Below are positions 7,761 to 16,748 of a stretch of DNA of 64,000 bases, piece after piece. The DNA lies in assembly GCA_041661505.1 (NCBI GenBank), contig JBAZUF010000001.1:369576-433575 (forward strand), written 5' to 3'. Source of the stretch: Patescibacteria group bacterium. Its GTDB lineage: Bacteria; Patescibacteriota; Patescibacteriia; Patescibacteriales; JBAZCA01. Below the pieces are notes generated by a model. That model was not told the DNA's origin, ran no database searches, and saw nothing but the letters and a program-made list of their open reading frames with translations. Positions within the stretch are counted from its first letter, which is position 1; every line of letters begins with the position of its first letter. The translations under genes were made by a program, and so were the position numbers.

Positions 7761-9653
7761 TTATACCCTGATCACCACCGGTAAAACCATCGGCCTTCTT
7801 TTAGTCTGGCCGAAAAGAAATGAGCCGATTTCGTTCCGAATTTTATTTTTCAGATAATCATCGTCGGCCGGAGTGGAAGCGTCTAAAGATTTTACCATCT
7901 TTTTCACTTTCATCCGGGTCTTTTCAATCAATTCCTTGTTTTCTTTCATATAAACAAAGCCGCGGGAAATTATGTCCGGGTTGCCGATAATATCGCCGGT
8001 TGAAGAATCGATAGTGGCGATAATTACGATCATGCCGTCCTCGGCCATAACCCGCCGGTCGCGGAGCACGATGTTAGATACGTCTCCGACGCCGAGCCCG
8101 TCCACCATTACGTGATCCGTTACCACCTTATTATTAGTCAGCTTTCCGACCGTAGCCCCTTCCCGGGACTTTGAAAATTCAGCCACCTGGCCGTTGTCGG
8201 CGACGAATATTTTTTCTTTGGAGATTCCTACCTGCTCGGCTAAATCGGCGTGGGCCCGGAGCATGAAGTGGTTGCCTTCAATCGGCATGAAGTATTCCGG
8301 CTTAAAGAGCCGCATCATGAGCTTCAAATCTTCCTGCTTGGCGTGGCCGCCGGCGTGGACGTCCATCATTTCGTAATGGATAACCCTGGCGCCTTGTCTT
8401 ACAATCATATCCTTTAAAGATTGGATGGTCCGTTCGTTACCTGGAATGACCGAGGAAGAAAAGATAACCGTATCCCCTTCTTGCAAATGGACTGACCGGT
8501 GTTCGCCGTTAACGACCCGCATCAAGAAGGCGTTCGATTCGCCCTGGGCGCCGGTTCCAAGGACAATCACTTTGTTGTCCGGGATTTTTCGCAGTTCATT
8601 TTCGTTGTTTATCAGTGTTCGCGGATTGAATTTAAGGTAGCCAATTTGGTGGGCCACTTCCACGTTCGTATTCATTGACCGCCCCTGGAGAAAAATCCGC
8701 TTCCCGAATCTTTCGGCGATATCAAATATTTTTTGGACGCGGCTGATTTGCGAGGCAAAGGTGCCGATAATAATCCGGCCGTCGGTTTTCTCGAAAATCT
8801 TTCCCATTTCGTCGCCGATGGAAGATTCAGAGACCTGGTAGCCCGGGTGGGTGGAGTCGGTCGAGTCAGCCATCAAAAGCAGGATGCCCGCGCCGCCGAT
8901 TTGGGCGATCCGGTTTAAATCCGCCGGCTTGTCGTTGACCGGCGAGTAATCAATCTTAAAGTCGCCGGTATGGACGATTTTACCGACCGGAGTGGTAATA
9001 ATCACGGCAAAAGAATCCGGGATGGAATGGTTTACCCTAAGGAACTCCACCATAAAGCTTTTGCCCATCCGGACATGGTCTTTCTCGTCGATTTCCTGGA
9101 TATTTAAGACTGGGCAATCCCTGTATTCCTGAACCCGGTTTCTGACCAAGCCAGCCGTTAACTTGCCCATAAACATCGGCGGGTTGCCGATTTTACCCAT
9201 TAAATGGGGAATGGCGCCGATATGGTCCATATGCCCGTGGGTGATGATTACCCCCTTAATCCAATCCAGCTTGTCTTCCAAGTAGGCGGTATTAGGAATA
9301 ATGTAATCGATTCCCGGCATGTCTTCTTCCGGAAACTGGAGTCCCATGTCGATAATGATAATTTCCTTATCATATTCGATTAAGGTCATGTTCCGGCCGA
9401 CTTCTTCCAGGCCGCCGAGAACGATAATCTTTAATTTTTCCGCTTCGGCCGTTTTGCTTCCTGCGAAGGCCGGCGGGGTAGCTAACCGTCCGGTTGATAT
9501 CACCGGCCGGGCCGTTTCTGTTCCGGTTTCTGCACCCCGGAAAGGAAAGCCCATCTTTCTTGCGGCCGGATCTTTGGAAAAACCGGTACGCTTCGGTTTA
9601 GCTTCCCTTCCCGGGTGTCCCGGGCGGGAAGCTGGTTTGTACTTTGTAATCAT
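7761..9653 (-). CDS. rnj: Ribonuclease J with an approximately 75-aa basic Pro/Gly/Arg-rich N-terminal extension
   Basis: Metallo-beta-lactamase motif ITHGHMDHIGAIPHL, a beta-CASP region and the RNase J C-terminal domain. 630 aa. Confidence 0.9.
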   Translation of the reverse strand: MITKYKPASRPGHPGREAKPKRTGFSKDPAARKMGFPFRGAETGTETARPVISTGRLATPPAFAGSKTAEAEKLKIIVLGGLEEVGRNMTLIEYDKEIIIIDMGLQFPEEDMPGIDYIIPNTAYLEDKLDWIKGVIITHGHMDHIGAIPHLMGKIGNPPMFMGKLTAGLVRNRVQEYRDCPVLNIQEIDEKDHVRMGKSFMVEFLRVNHSIPDSFAVIITTPVGKIVHTGDFKIDYSPVNDKPADLNRIAQIGGAGILLLMADSTDSTHPGYQVSESSIGDEMGKIFEKTDGRIIIGTFASQISRVQKIFDIAERFGKRIFLQGRSMNTNVEVAHQIGYLKFNPRTLINNENELRKIPDNKVIVLGTGAQGESNAFLMRVVNGEHRSVHLQEGDTVIFSSSVIPGNERTIQSLKDMIVRQGARVIHYEMMDVHAGGHAKQEDLKLMMRLFKPEYFMPIEGNHFMLRAHADLAEQVGISKEKIFVADNGQVAEFSKSREGATVGKLTNNKVVTDHVMVDGLGVGDVSNIVLRDRRVMAEDGMIVIIATIDSSTGDIIGNPDIISRGFVYMKENKELIEKTRMKVKKMVKSLDASTPADDDYLKNKIRNEIGSFLFGQTKRRPMVLPVVIRV

Positions 9654-9740
9654 ATTTTTCTTATTGCGAGCCTAACTCGCTTTTCCATCAATTCAATCTT
9701 TTTTAGTTAATTAATAAATGAAGAGATGTAGTTTTTTAAT

Positions 9741-9827
9741 TGGTGGGGATAGAGAGACTCGAACTCTCACGGCATTTCTGCCACTAGCACCTGAAGCTAG
9801 CGTGTCTGCCAATTTCACCATATCCCC
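9741..9827 (-). tRNA. tRNA-Leu (anticodon CAG), CCA encoded
   Basis: The reverse complement ggggatatggtgaaattggcagacacgctagcTTCAGGTgctagtggcagaaatgccgtgagagttcgagtctctctatccccacca shows a cloverleaf with a long variable arm and a GTTCGAGTC T-loop. Confidence 0.9.
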
Positions 9828-9840
9828 TTGATGAGAACCG

Positions 9841-11796
9841 TTACCAGACTATTTTCTTATTCGTTTTTATATACCATTCGTTAATATCGGAAAGCCGGTC
9901 CGCCGGCGCGTATATCTTTATAACCCCGTAATTTTTAATGCTCTTGCTTTGAATATAATCGTATATCGGGGAATAAAGAAAAATGGCCGGGACGTCATCA
10001 GCGATAATCTCCTGGAATTTTTTGTATTTATCCTTTCTGACGCCGGCGTTTAGGGTCGCTCGCGCGTCTTCCAATAGCGCGTCCACGGTCTTATTGCTGT
10101 AGTTGGCGATATTCAGCCCTTTCTCCGCCTGGGATGAATGCCAGTAAGCGTAGGGGTCGGGGTCGGCGCCTTGGGTAATTCCGTAAAGGAGCGCCTCATA
10201 ATCCTTGTTTTTCACCAAATTTTGGATTTCTTCGACCGGCAACAGCTGGACTTCAACTTTCACCCCGATTTTCTCCCAACTTTCTTTTATAAACTGCGCT
10301 GTTTTAGAATTTTCCTCGACATCAACGGTCGTAAGCCTTAAGATAAAATATTTGCCGCTCTTATTTAAAAGCCATTTTCCTTTGCCCATCGCGATAATCG
10401 TTTCGGCCTTAGCTTTGGCGTCCGCGTCTTTTGAATTTAAATCTTCCTGGGCCTTCTTTATCGCCTCATCATTTAATTCGCCCGACTGCCATTCGGCATC
10501 CTTTAAAAGTTTCTCGGCTTCAGCCAAATTATTTTCGTACTTTTTAATCTCGGAAAAATAGTAAGGGCTGTCGGATGAAATCGGCGAGTATATTAAATTA
10601 TAATCGTCTTTCCCCAAAATTTCATTAACGAGCTTTTCTTTAGGAAGCGCGTAATTAAGGGCTTGCCTAACCTTTTTATCGGCTAAAATCCCATTATTGG
10701 CCGGGTTGAAAAAAACGGCGGTCAATTGGGGAAGTACGAGCTTGTTGAAATTATAGGAGCCGGCGGCGACAATATTAGATTTCATGCTCTTGGGCAGATA
10801 ATTTATCCCGTCAATCTGGTTGTCGTTTAGAGCCGAGACCATTTCTTCGTAAGCCGGATAGAAATAAAAATCAACTTCTTTAATATAAGCCTTGGGGCCG
10901 TAATAATCCGGATTAAGGATTAAATTAATGGCCCGGATATTCCCATTTTTGTCTTTAACCAGGGATTTGAATTTATAAGGCCCGGAACCAATCGGTTTTA
11001 AGTTCAATTCAGCCAGCCGCGCCGAACTGGGCGGAATTTGCTCCCAAAGCCTTTGGGGAATAATGCCGAAAGTTAAAAGGTCTAAAAACGCGGCATAAGA
11101 TTCGGTCAAAGTAAAGCGGATATTTTGGTCGTCAACTTTTTGAAGCTCAACTCCTCCGAAACTTGAATAAAGCGAAGATTTGTATTCACTGTATTTTATC
11201 GCGGAAAACGTAAAAACAATATCGTCTACCGTTAAATTCTCTTTATCATGCCATTTGATGTTCGGCCTGATTTTCAAATCGTAAGTTTTTCCGTCCGGAC
11301 TTGTTTTATAGCTTTCAACCAGGTCTCCGGCCAATTTCCCCTCCCGGTCTCTTTTAAATAACGAGGAGAAAACCAGCTGGCTGATATCCGAATCAACATC
11401 GTTTAAGGAGGAAAAAAGCGGATTCAAATATTTCGGCGTTCCGACCAGCCCTTCCCGATATTCGCCTCCGGTTTCGGGAACGGTTTTTAAATGATTTTGG
11501 TAAAAGCGGATTCCCAAAAAAGAAAAGTTTAAAATAATTACGCCCAGGCAGATCTTCATTATGAACGATTCGCGCGGGCTTAAAAACATTTTTAAATATT
11601 TAACCTGCTTGAGAGTCGGTATTTTTGAAGGGGACAAAGAATAAACGAGCCGTTTGTCGATTTCGTCCCTTTTTATGGAGCCGAACTTTTTGAAGAGCCC
11701 CCGATTAAAGAAATTTTTAAACCTACCCAGGGAGATAAGGGACGCGATTCTTATAAAAAAACTAGAGCTTTTCGAATTTTTAGAGTCCACAGGCAA
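9841..11796 (-). CDS. ABC-transporter substrate-binding protein, family 5 (peptide/nickel type), membrane-anchored; no permease genes adjacent
   Basis: Long SBP_bac_5-like body (YKFKSLVKDKNG..., ADPDPYAYWHSSQ) following an N-terminal TM helix (IMKICLGVIILNFSFLGI). The exact start is uncertain. Confidence 0.7.
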   Translation of the reverse strand: MPVDSKNSKSSSFFIRIASLISLGRFKNFFNRGLFKKFGSIKRDEIDKRLVYSLSPSKIPTLKQVKYLKMFLSPRESFIMKICLGVIILNFSFLGIRFYQNHLKTVPETGGEYREGLVGTPKYLNPLFSSLNDVDSDISQLVFSSLFKRDREGKLAGDLVESYKTSPDGKTYDLKIRPNIKWHDKENLTVDDIVFTFSAIKYSEYKSSLYSSFGGVELQKVDDQNIRFTLTESYAAFLDLLTFGIIPQRLWEQIPPSSARLAELNLKPIGSGPYKFKSLVKDKNGNIRAINLILNPDYYGPKAYIKEVDFYFYPAYEEMVSALNDNQIDGINYLPKSMKSNIVAAGSYNFNKLVLPQLTAVFFNPANNGILADKKVRQALNYALPKEKLVNEILGKDDYNLIYSPISSDSPYYFSEIKKYENNLAEAEKLLKDAEWQSGELNDEAIKKAQEDLNSKDADAKAKAETIIAMGKGKWLLNKSGKYFILRLTTVDVEENSKTAQFIKESWEKIGVKVEVQLLPVEEIQNLVKNKDYEALLYGITQGADPDPYAYWHSSQAEKGLNIANYSNKTVDALLEDARATLNAGVRKDKYKKFQEIIADDVPAIFLYSPIYDYIQSKSIKNYGVIKIYAPADRLSDINEWYIKTNKKIVW

Positions 11797-11925
11797 TAAA
11801 AAATTAGAAATTATGTTAGGAGTTGAGAAGCGGCCGCCTAAAAATTAGGAGAATATATCTGTATATAGGATAACATTGCCGGGCAAAAATTTCAAGCCGA
11901 TACGGGACGCGAGGCGAATAGCAAT

Positions 11926-12147
11926 TTAGGCCTTGCCAAGGAACATATTAAGGATTCCGACCCCAATGAAAAGCGCGGCCAAGACGATAGTCGAAATAAA
12001 AAGTATTCTTTCCACCCCCCGTTTGGTGCGGTAAACAGTCCCTGAACCGCCGAAAACTCCCGAAAGCCCCGATTCCCTGTTTTGAAGAAGAATGGCCGCC
12101 ATTAGCAGGATGGCGATTATGGGCTGGACTATTTGAAGAAATTTCAT
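11926..12147 (-). CDS. secG: Preprotein translocase subunit SecG
   Basis: A 73-aa two-TM protein with LLQNRESGLSGVFGG. Confidence 0.8.
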   Translation of the reverse strand: MKFLQIVQPIIAILLMAAILLQNRESGLSGVFGGSGTVYRTKRGVERILFISTIVLAALFIGVGILNMFLGKA

Positions 12148-12159
12148 AATTGAAAAATT

Positions 12160-12507
12160 TTAAGCTTTCACCTTTTCGATTATTTTTTCAAAAACTTTTT
12201 TGTCGTTGACCGCCAAATCGGCTAAAATTTTCCGGTCCAAGCCGATATTTTTTTCTTTTAAGGCGTGGATAAATTTGGAATAGCTTAATCCGTAATTTCT
12301 TGCCATCGCCCCGATTCTTATCTGCCAAAGGCCGCGCATATCCCGCTTCTTCTTTCTCCGGTCAATATACGAATGGACGCCGGCTTTAACTACGGCTTCC
12401 TTGGCTTGTTTGATAGTATTCTTTCTTCTCCATTTATAACCTTTGGTCCTGGATAAGACTTTTCTTCTTTTCTTCAAGTGAATTTTCGCGCGTTTTACTC
12501 TAGGCAT
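12160..12507 (-). CDS. rplT: 50S ribosomal protein L20
   Basis: MPRVKRAKIHLKKRRKVLSRTKGY...DRKILADLAV. Confidence 0.95.
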   Translation of the reverse strand: MPRVKRAKIHLKKRRKVLSRTKGYKWRRKNTIKQAKEAVVKAGVHSYIDRRKKKRDMRGLWQIRIGAMARNYGLSYSKFIHALKEKNIGLDRKILADLAVNDKKVFEKIIEKVKA

Positions 12508-12572
12508 ATTTATGTAAGGAATCGAGGTTCAAGCTGTTTCTCTGGCTTTCACCGGATTCAGGCTTTTTCATT

Positions 12573-12770
12573 CTAATTATATGGTATTAACATTTTAATG
12601 TTTTTCACGTCCCTTTTTGACAAAAGAATGTCTCTCCGCTTTCGGCGGGTGACTTTTCCCGATTCGCGGGAATTGAAATGGTCCTGTCCGGCTTTTCTTT
12701 TCAGGACTTTTTTATTTTTGGTTATTTTAAACCTTTTAACCGTAGCTTTGTGCGTTTTCAGTTTTCCCAT
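12573..12770 (-). CDS. rpmI: 50S ribosomal protein L35
   Basis: MGKLKTHKATVKRFKITKNKKVLRKAG-type sequence, 65 aa. Confidence 0.95.
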   Translation of the reverse strand: MGKLKTHKATVKRFKITKNKKVLKRKAGQDHFNSRESGKVTRRKRRDILLSKRDVKNIKMLIPYN

Positions 12771-12864
12771 AGTATTGGACCGTAACGTGGGTAGCCCAAG
12801 TTTAACGGCTTTTGTAGATATCCGTAAATATAAAAAAACAGGTAAACACCTGAATTTAGAAGAA

Positions 12865-13416
12865 TTATCTCCTATTAGATAGCTCTATTGTAAATCTTCC
12901 GCCCTTTTTTGTCAAGTCTTGGTCGCGGACCAAAGAAAGCCCCTCGGCTTTTTCCAATTCAGCCAGATATTCGCGCATTATCTCTTCCCCTTTCTGGGGA
13001 TAGGCTTTTTCCCGTCCTTTTAGCTGTAATTCAACAAGCAAGGGATGGCCTTTTTGCAAAAATTTTACCCCTTGATCAACCCGGACGCTAAGGTCATGCT
13101 TTCCGATGCGCACTGTCAGCCGGATGCTTTTTTGTTCGGCTTTTTTCCCTTTCTGGTTGGCTTTGGACTTTTTCTCCTGGGTATATTTGAACTGCCCGTA
13201 GTCCATTATTTTTACGATGGAAGGATTGGGAGTCGGATCAACTTCGACCAGGTCCAAGCCGGCTTCTTCAGCCTTTTTTCTCGCTTCCTCAATCGCGACC
13301 ACTCCAACCCTCACATTATTTTCGTCAATTAAAAAAACCTGGGGAATCCTGATAAAATCATTGACCCGAAACCGCTTTTCTTCTTTTGGCTTGGCTCTTC
13401 TCCAAATTTTCCGCAT
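12865..13416 (-). CDS. infC: Translation initiation factor IF-3
   Basis: RVNDFIRIPQVFLIDENNVRVGVV..., the C-terminal domain, and the infC-rpmI-rplT gene order. Confidence 0.9.
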   Translation of the reverse strand: MRKIWRRAKPKEEKRFRVNDFIRIPQVFLIDENNVRVGVVAIEEARKKAEEAGLDLVEVDPTPNPSIVKIMDYGQFKYTQEKKSKANQKGKKAEQKSIRLTVRIGKHDLSVRVDQGVKFLQKGHPLLVELQLKGREKAYPQKGEEIMREYLAELEKAEGLSLVRDQDLTKKGGRFTIELSNRR

Positions 13417-13443
13417 AAAATAAAAAGGTTATCTTTCCTGGCT

Positions 13444-13473
13444 ATTATACAGAGATAATGTCAATTTTGTCAA
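13444..13473 (-). promoter_or_regulatory. Sigma70-like promoter TTGACA-18-TATAAT for infC-rpmI-rplT
   Basis: The minus strand reads ttgacaaaattgacattatctctgtataat. The -10 is the reverse complement of 13444-13449 and the -35 that of 13468-13473. Confidence 0.5.
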
Positions 13474-13573
13474 AGCCTTCAAGATTTTTAATTTATCGCC
13501 ATTCTCATTTTTTTACGTCCGTTTCAATAGCTCTGGCAGAAGCCGAGGCGGCATTTCAGCCGGCTTTAATATT

Positions 13574-15382
13574 TTAGCCCTCCTTGCAGTCTTCCGGGCA
13601 GACTCCGGCTTTTTTCTCTATGTCATCACAAACCCCGTCGCCGCATCGCCCGCTATTTTTAGGCGCGTTTACATTTGGGATTATATTCTCTGGATTGTTG
13701 GCTGGCGGTTTGAAATCCTGGGAAGCTGAAGATTCCGGAACGCTGGCATGGCAATATTCGCTATAGGCCTTGCTGATAAAATGGCATCCATCTTTTGACT
13801 GATCACTATCACAACTCGTCTTTTCCCACAGGTCTTTTACTATCCGGCAGGAACAATCCGTTCCTGGAGCATATTTTGTTACTTCATTAACCGCTTTCTG
13901 ATTGTTTTCGGAAAACCAACTAGGATAAATACTGACTCCCCTAGTTGCCAGATCAGAAACATAGCCAAAAATTCCGCCAGCGCATTTTACTCCTTTCCCG
14001 ATAGCCGTCGCGTAAGCAATTTGGTCAGGGGATTCGCGCTTTGTTTGTTGGGCGCTGCCATTTTCAAAGCCAAAGAAAGACAGCTTCTTGTATTTATTGG
14101 CGTTTTCTACTGAAGAAATAATCCCCAGATATTGGTCTTCGCGGAATTTTGATGATGATGAACAGTCAAAACAGATATTATCATTCCGGATAAATCCGTC
14201 AATTTTTGCGTTATTCATAGCGGCAATACTTCCGCCGGAATTAAAAACAAGGATGTGGCTTGGATCATTGTCCTTAAAAAGATCGGTGTAAAAATTCCTG
14301 CTGCTGTCTGCCATAAAAGTCCGGAATTCGTAAAAGTCTTTTCCCTCTTCCGTAAGATTATTTATATCGCCGCTTAGCCACAGCTGTGACTCTTCGGGGA
14401 AAAGCCCCATCCACTTGTCCGAATCTTTGATCAGTTCTTTGGAAGGGGGAACAGTAGCTTTGTCCAATACTATTTTATTATCTTTCCAGGCGGTCTGCAA
14501 AGCTGAATTAGTTTTGTACTTATCTTTTAGCCACTCTTTAAATTTTCTTTGGAAAAAAGGCGAGTAGTCGGTGAACATCAGCGGTTTTCGTTCAAGCTCG
14601 CCAATTCCTCCGGGATTTCCAGCGATGGCGAGATAATTTGGCCCGTAATTATCTTCGCTGGTCGCGCCGATTCCGGTTACCCAGCCGATAAGCGCCGGAT
14701 GATTTTTGTAGCGGTTAATAATAATTTTTAGAAATGCCCCGAAGTCTTTTCGGGTGACGTCGCTATTCATGCTGGGATTATCATACACATTGCCATAAGA
14801 ATCTGTTTCACAAAAATCACAAGTCTTGTCCTTGTTATAAAGCGGAGGAAAATTGTTTTCTTTGAGCCACCAATCAGGCGCGTAGCGCTGAAGGGATAAG
14901 CTTAACATTATATAAACTCCTTTTTGGGACGCGTAATCCATCGTCTTGTCCAGACTCTCAAAATCATACTTTGTTTCCGGATTATTCGTTCTCGCGGCGG
15001 CATTATCAACATCAGACCACCAGATTTGGGGAATGACAATTTTAGTATCGTTATTTTTGGCGTCATCAATCACTTTTTCCATTCTATTTACCCATTCAGC
15101 CGAACTATACGCCGGTACATCCTCGGCGGCTCGAAGTTCTGGAAAATAGTATAATTGAGCGGAAGCGGTATTTAATTCCCGGCCGTTTACATATAACTTT
15201 ACCGCGCCGTCAACCGTTTTTACCTGGCTTGTGGTCGGTTCATTGGCCTGCCTGGTTTTGATTCTGGAAATAATATTCCAGTTAGCGACTCCGCTACCGC
15301 CAGAAACGAGCCAGACAATGACTGTGGCGGCGCCGACAACAAAAGCTATTATGAATATTGACTTCCAGCTCTTTATTTCCAT
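13574..15382 (-). CDS. Membrane-anchored secreted protein with a glycoside-hydrolase-like TIM-barrel core (GH42/GH5-like) and a Cys-rich tail
   Basis: N-terminal TM helix; DFESLDKTMDYASQKGVYIMLSL...APDWW...NHPALIGWVTG resembles GH42-type barrels; the C-terminus is GRCGDGVCDDIEKKAGVCPEDCKEG. The family assignment is tentative. Confidence 0.4.
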   Translation of the reverse strand: MEIKSWKSIFIIAFVVGAATVIVWLVSGGSGVANWNIISRIKTRQANEPTTSQVKTVDGAVKLYVNGRELNTASAQLYYFPELRAAEDVPAYSSAEWVNRMEKVIDDAKNNDTKIVIPQIWWSDVDNAAARTNNPETKYDFESLDKTMDYASQKGVYIMLSLSLQRYAPDWWLKENNFPPLYNKDKTCDFCETDSYGNVYDNPSMNSDVTRKDFGAFLKIIINRYKNHPALIGWVTGIGATSEDNYGPNYLAIAGNPGGIGELERKPLMFTDYSPFFQRKFKEWLKDKYKTNSALQTAWKDNKIVLDKATVPPSKELIKDSDKWMGLFPEESQLWLSGDINNLTEEGKDFYEFRTFMADSSRNFYTDLFKDNDPSHILVFNSGGSIAAMNNAKIDGFIRNDNICFDCSSSSKFREDQYLGIISSVENANKYKKLSFFGFENGSAQQTKRESPDQIAYATAIGKGVKCAGGIFGYVSDLATRGVSIYPSWFSENNQKAVNEVTKYAPGTDCSCRIVKDLWEKTSCDSDQSKDGCHFISKAYSEYCHASVPESSASQDFKPPANNPENIIPNVNAPKNSGRCGDGVCDDIEKKAGVCPEDCKEG

Positions 15383-15534
15383 ATTTTCGTTTTTTTAATA
15401 AATAAAAAACTTCTTCTCGGCCGGGAACGGATTTCGGCCTTACTTCGACCAGCCGACCCTTCACCCTTCCTAACAACAGACATAGATTTCTTTATTTAAT
15501 AGATACAAGTCTAATTATAGCAAGTTTAGCTAAA

Positions 15535-15564
15535 AAAACAAAAAACAGCCCCTTTTGGGGGCTG
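15535..15564 (-). terminator. Terminator closing the Fic-smpB-ssrA-HNH-tRNA unit
   Basis: cagcccc-ttttg-ggggctg with an A-run on the plus side, which is a T-run on the minus strand. Confidence 0.7.
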
Positions 15565-15576
15565 CTTTTTTCTTTG

Positions 15577-15648
15577 AGCGGGTAGGGGGAGTCGGACCCC
15601 CATCTCTACCTTGGCAAGGTAGCATAATAGCCGCTATACGATACCCGC
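15577..15648 (-). tRNA. tRNA-Gly (anticodon GCC), CCA not encoded
   Basis: Reverse complement gcgggtatcgtatagcggctattatgctaccTTGCCAAggtagagatgggggtccgactccccctacccgct. Confidence 0.9.
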
Positions 15649-15716
15649 GTAAGTCCGCTTCCAAGTAAATTCTTACGTGCAAGCTTCGTAAGAATCCACT
15701 AAGAGGCGAACACTTG

Positions 15717-15798
15717 TGGTCCAGGTGGGAGTCGAACCCACATGCCTTGCGGCACAGCATTTTAAGTGCTGCGTGTATACCAATTCCACCACTGGACC
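15717..15798 (-). tRNA. tRNA-Leu (anticodon UAA), CCA not encoded
   Basis: Reverse complement ggtccagtggtggaattggtatacacgcagcaCTTAAAAtgctgtgccgcaaggcatgtgggttcgactcccacctggacca, with a long variable arm. Confidence 0.9.
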
Positions 15799-16286
15799 TA
15801 ATTACCATTTCTCATTCTGTTTCTGCCTCGATGAGTCGGTTTTAAACTATGGCAATTAGGACAAAGAATTCTTAAGTTTACTAATCTATTATCCCGGCTA
15901 TTTCCATTGATGTGATCAAGCTCTAAAGGTATGCGCCCGTCAGCAGATTTTTTAGCCCAGCCGCATTCTTCGCATTTTGGATGTTTTATTCCTTCTTTAA
16001 AAAGGCGTTTTTTTAGCTTGAAACTTTGAAAATAACTATTTTTAACCAAAACCTTATTTAAAGCTATTCTTGGTTTTCCTATTCCTATTAATCCTCTGCT
16101 CCATCCTTTTCCCTTTAAATGACTGTCATCAATCTTCAAGTTTTTTATGAACTTTTTTACTTGCGTATAATTTCCTCCAGCCATGCGCAAATTTAATTTC
16201 TTCAGCACTTGTCTTATGCTTAAGGACGTTTTTACTGCTTGGCGAAGTTCTTTTTCTGTCCAGCTTCTTGGTCTCATATCTCCCAT
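15798..16286 (-). CDS. HNH endonuclease (homing-endonuclease-like)
   Basis: CEECGW...LELDHINGNSRDNRLVNLRILCPNCHS is an HNH beta-beta-alpha-metal motif with two CxxC pairs. The TAG stop occupies 15800-15798, so its G is nucleotide 1 of tRNA-Leu. The start is ATG 16286 or 16277 (the track uses TTG 16313). Confidence 0.8.
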   Translation of the reverse strand: MGDMRPRSWTEKELRQAVKTSLSIRQVLKKLNLRMAGGNYTQVKKFIKNLKIDDSHLKGKGWSRGLIGIGKPRIALNKVLVKNSYFQSFKLKKRLFKEGIKHPKCEECGWAKKSADGRIPLELDHINGNSRDNRLVNLRILCPNCHSLKPTHRGRNRMRNGN

Positions 16287-16355
16287 TATAACAAAAAGTA
16301 AAGGCTTAGACAAACGTCTGCTATTGCCTTTACCCTTTAGACTAGAATGGAAAAA

Positions 16356-16744
16356 TGGTGGAGATGGCGGGAATCGAACCCGCGTCTAATAATCTACTGT
16401 CTAGCACATTTACGGAAATATTCCGGTTTGTTGTTTAACCGCTATCCTAAAAACCAGACAAAACAAATAGCGGCTAGCCTATTAAGTCTTAATCCGCTGC
16501 CAAAGGCGGGCCGCGGATGCATCCTGATGTTATAACACCCGCTACCGGATATCAGAAATCACCGGGCGAATGGTTGCGGCTTAGTTAAGCTACAACAGGA
16601 GCGAAGGCTGGAACAGCGAAAACGCCGTTGCTAACCTTGCTGGCAAATGATTTTGCACTTATGTTTTTCCGGGTGTTTGGCAGGCTCCCGGAACGCCTGC
16701 ACCGAATACTAGAAGGATGATTATTATCGAATCCGATCATCCCC
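16356..16744 (-). ncRNA. ssrA: tmRNA (ssrA)
   Basis: The minus strand starts GGGGATGATCGGATTCGA and ends ...GGTTCGATTCCCGCCATCTCCACCA, a tRNA-Ala-like acceptor with a G3:U pair. smpB lies 4 nt upstream. A candidate tag frame is gca aaa tca ... gta gct taa (16656-16585), giving AKSFASKVSNGVFAVPAFAPVVA. Confidence 0.85.
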
Positions 16745-16748
16745 TATT

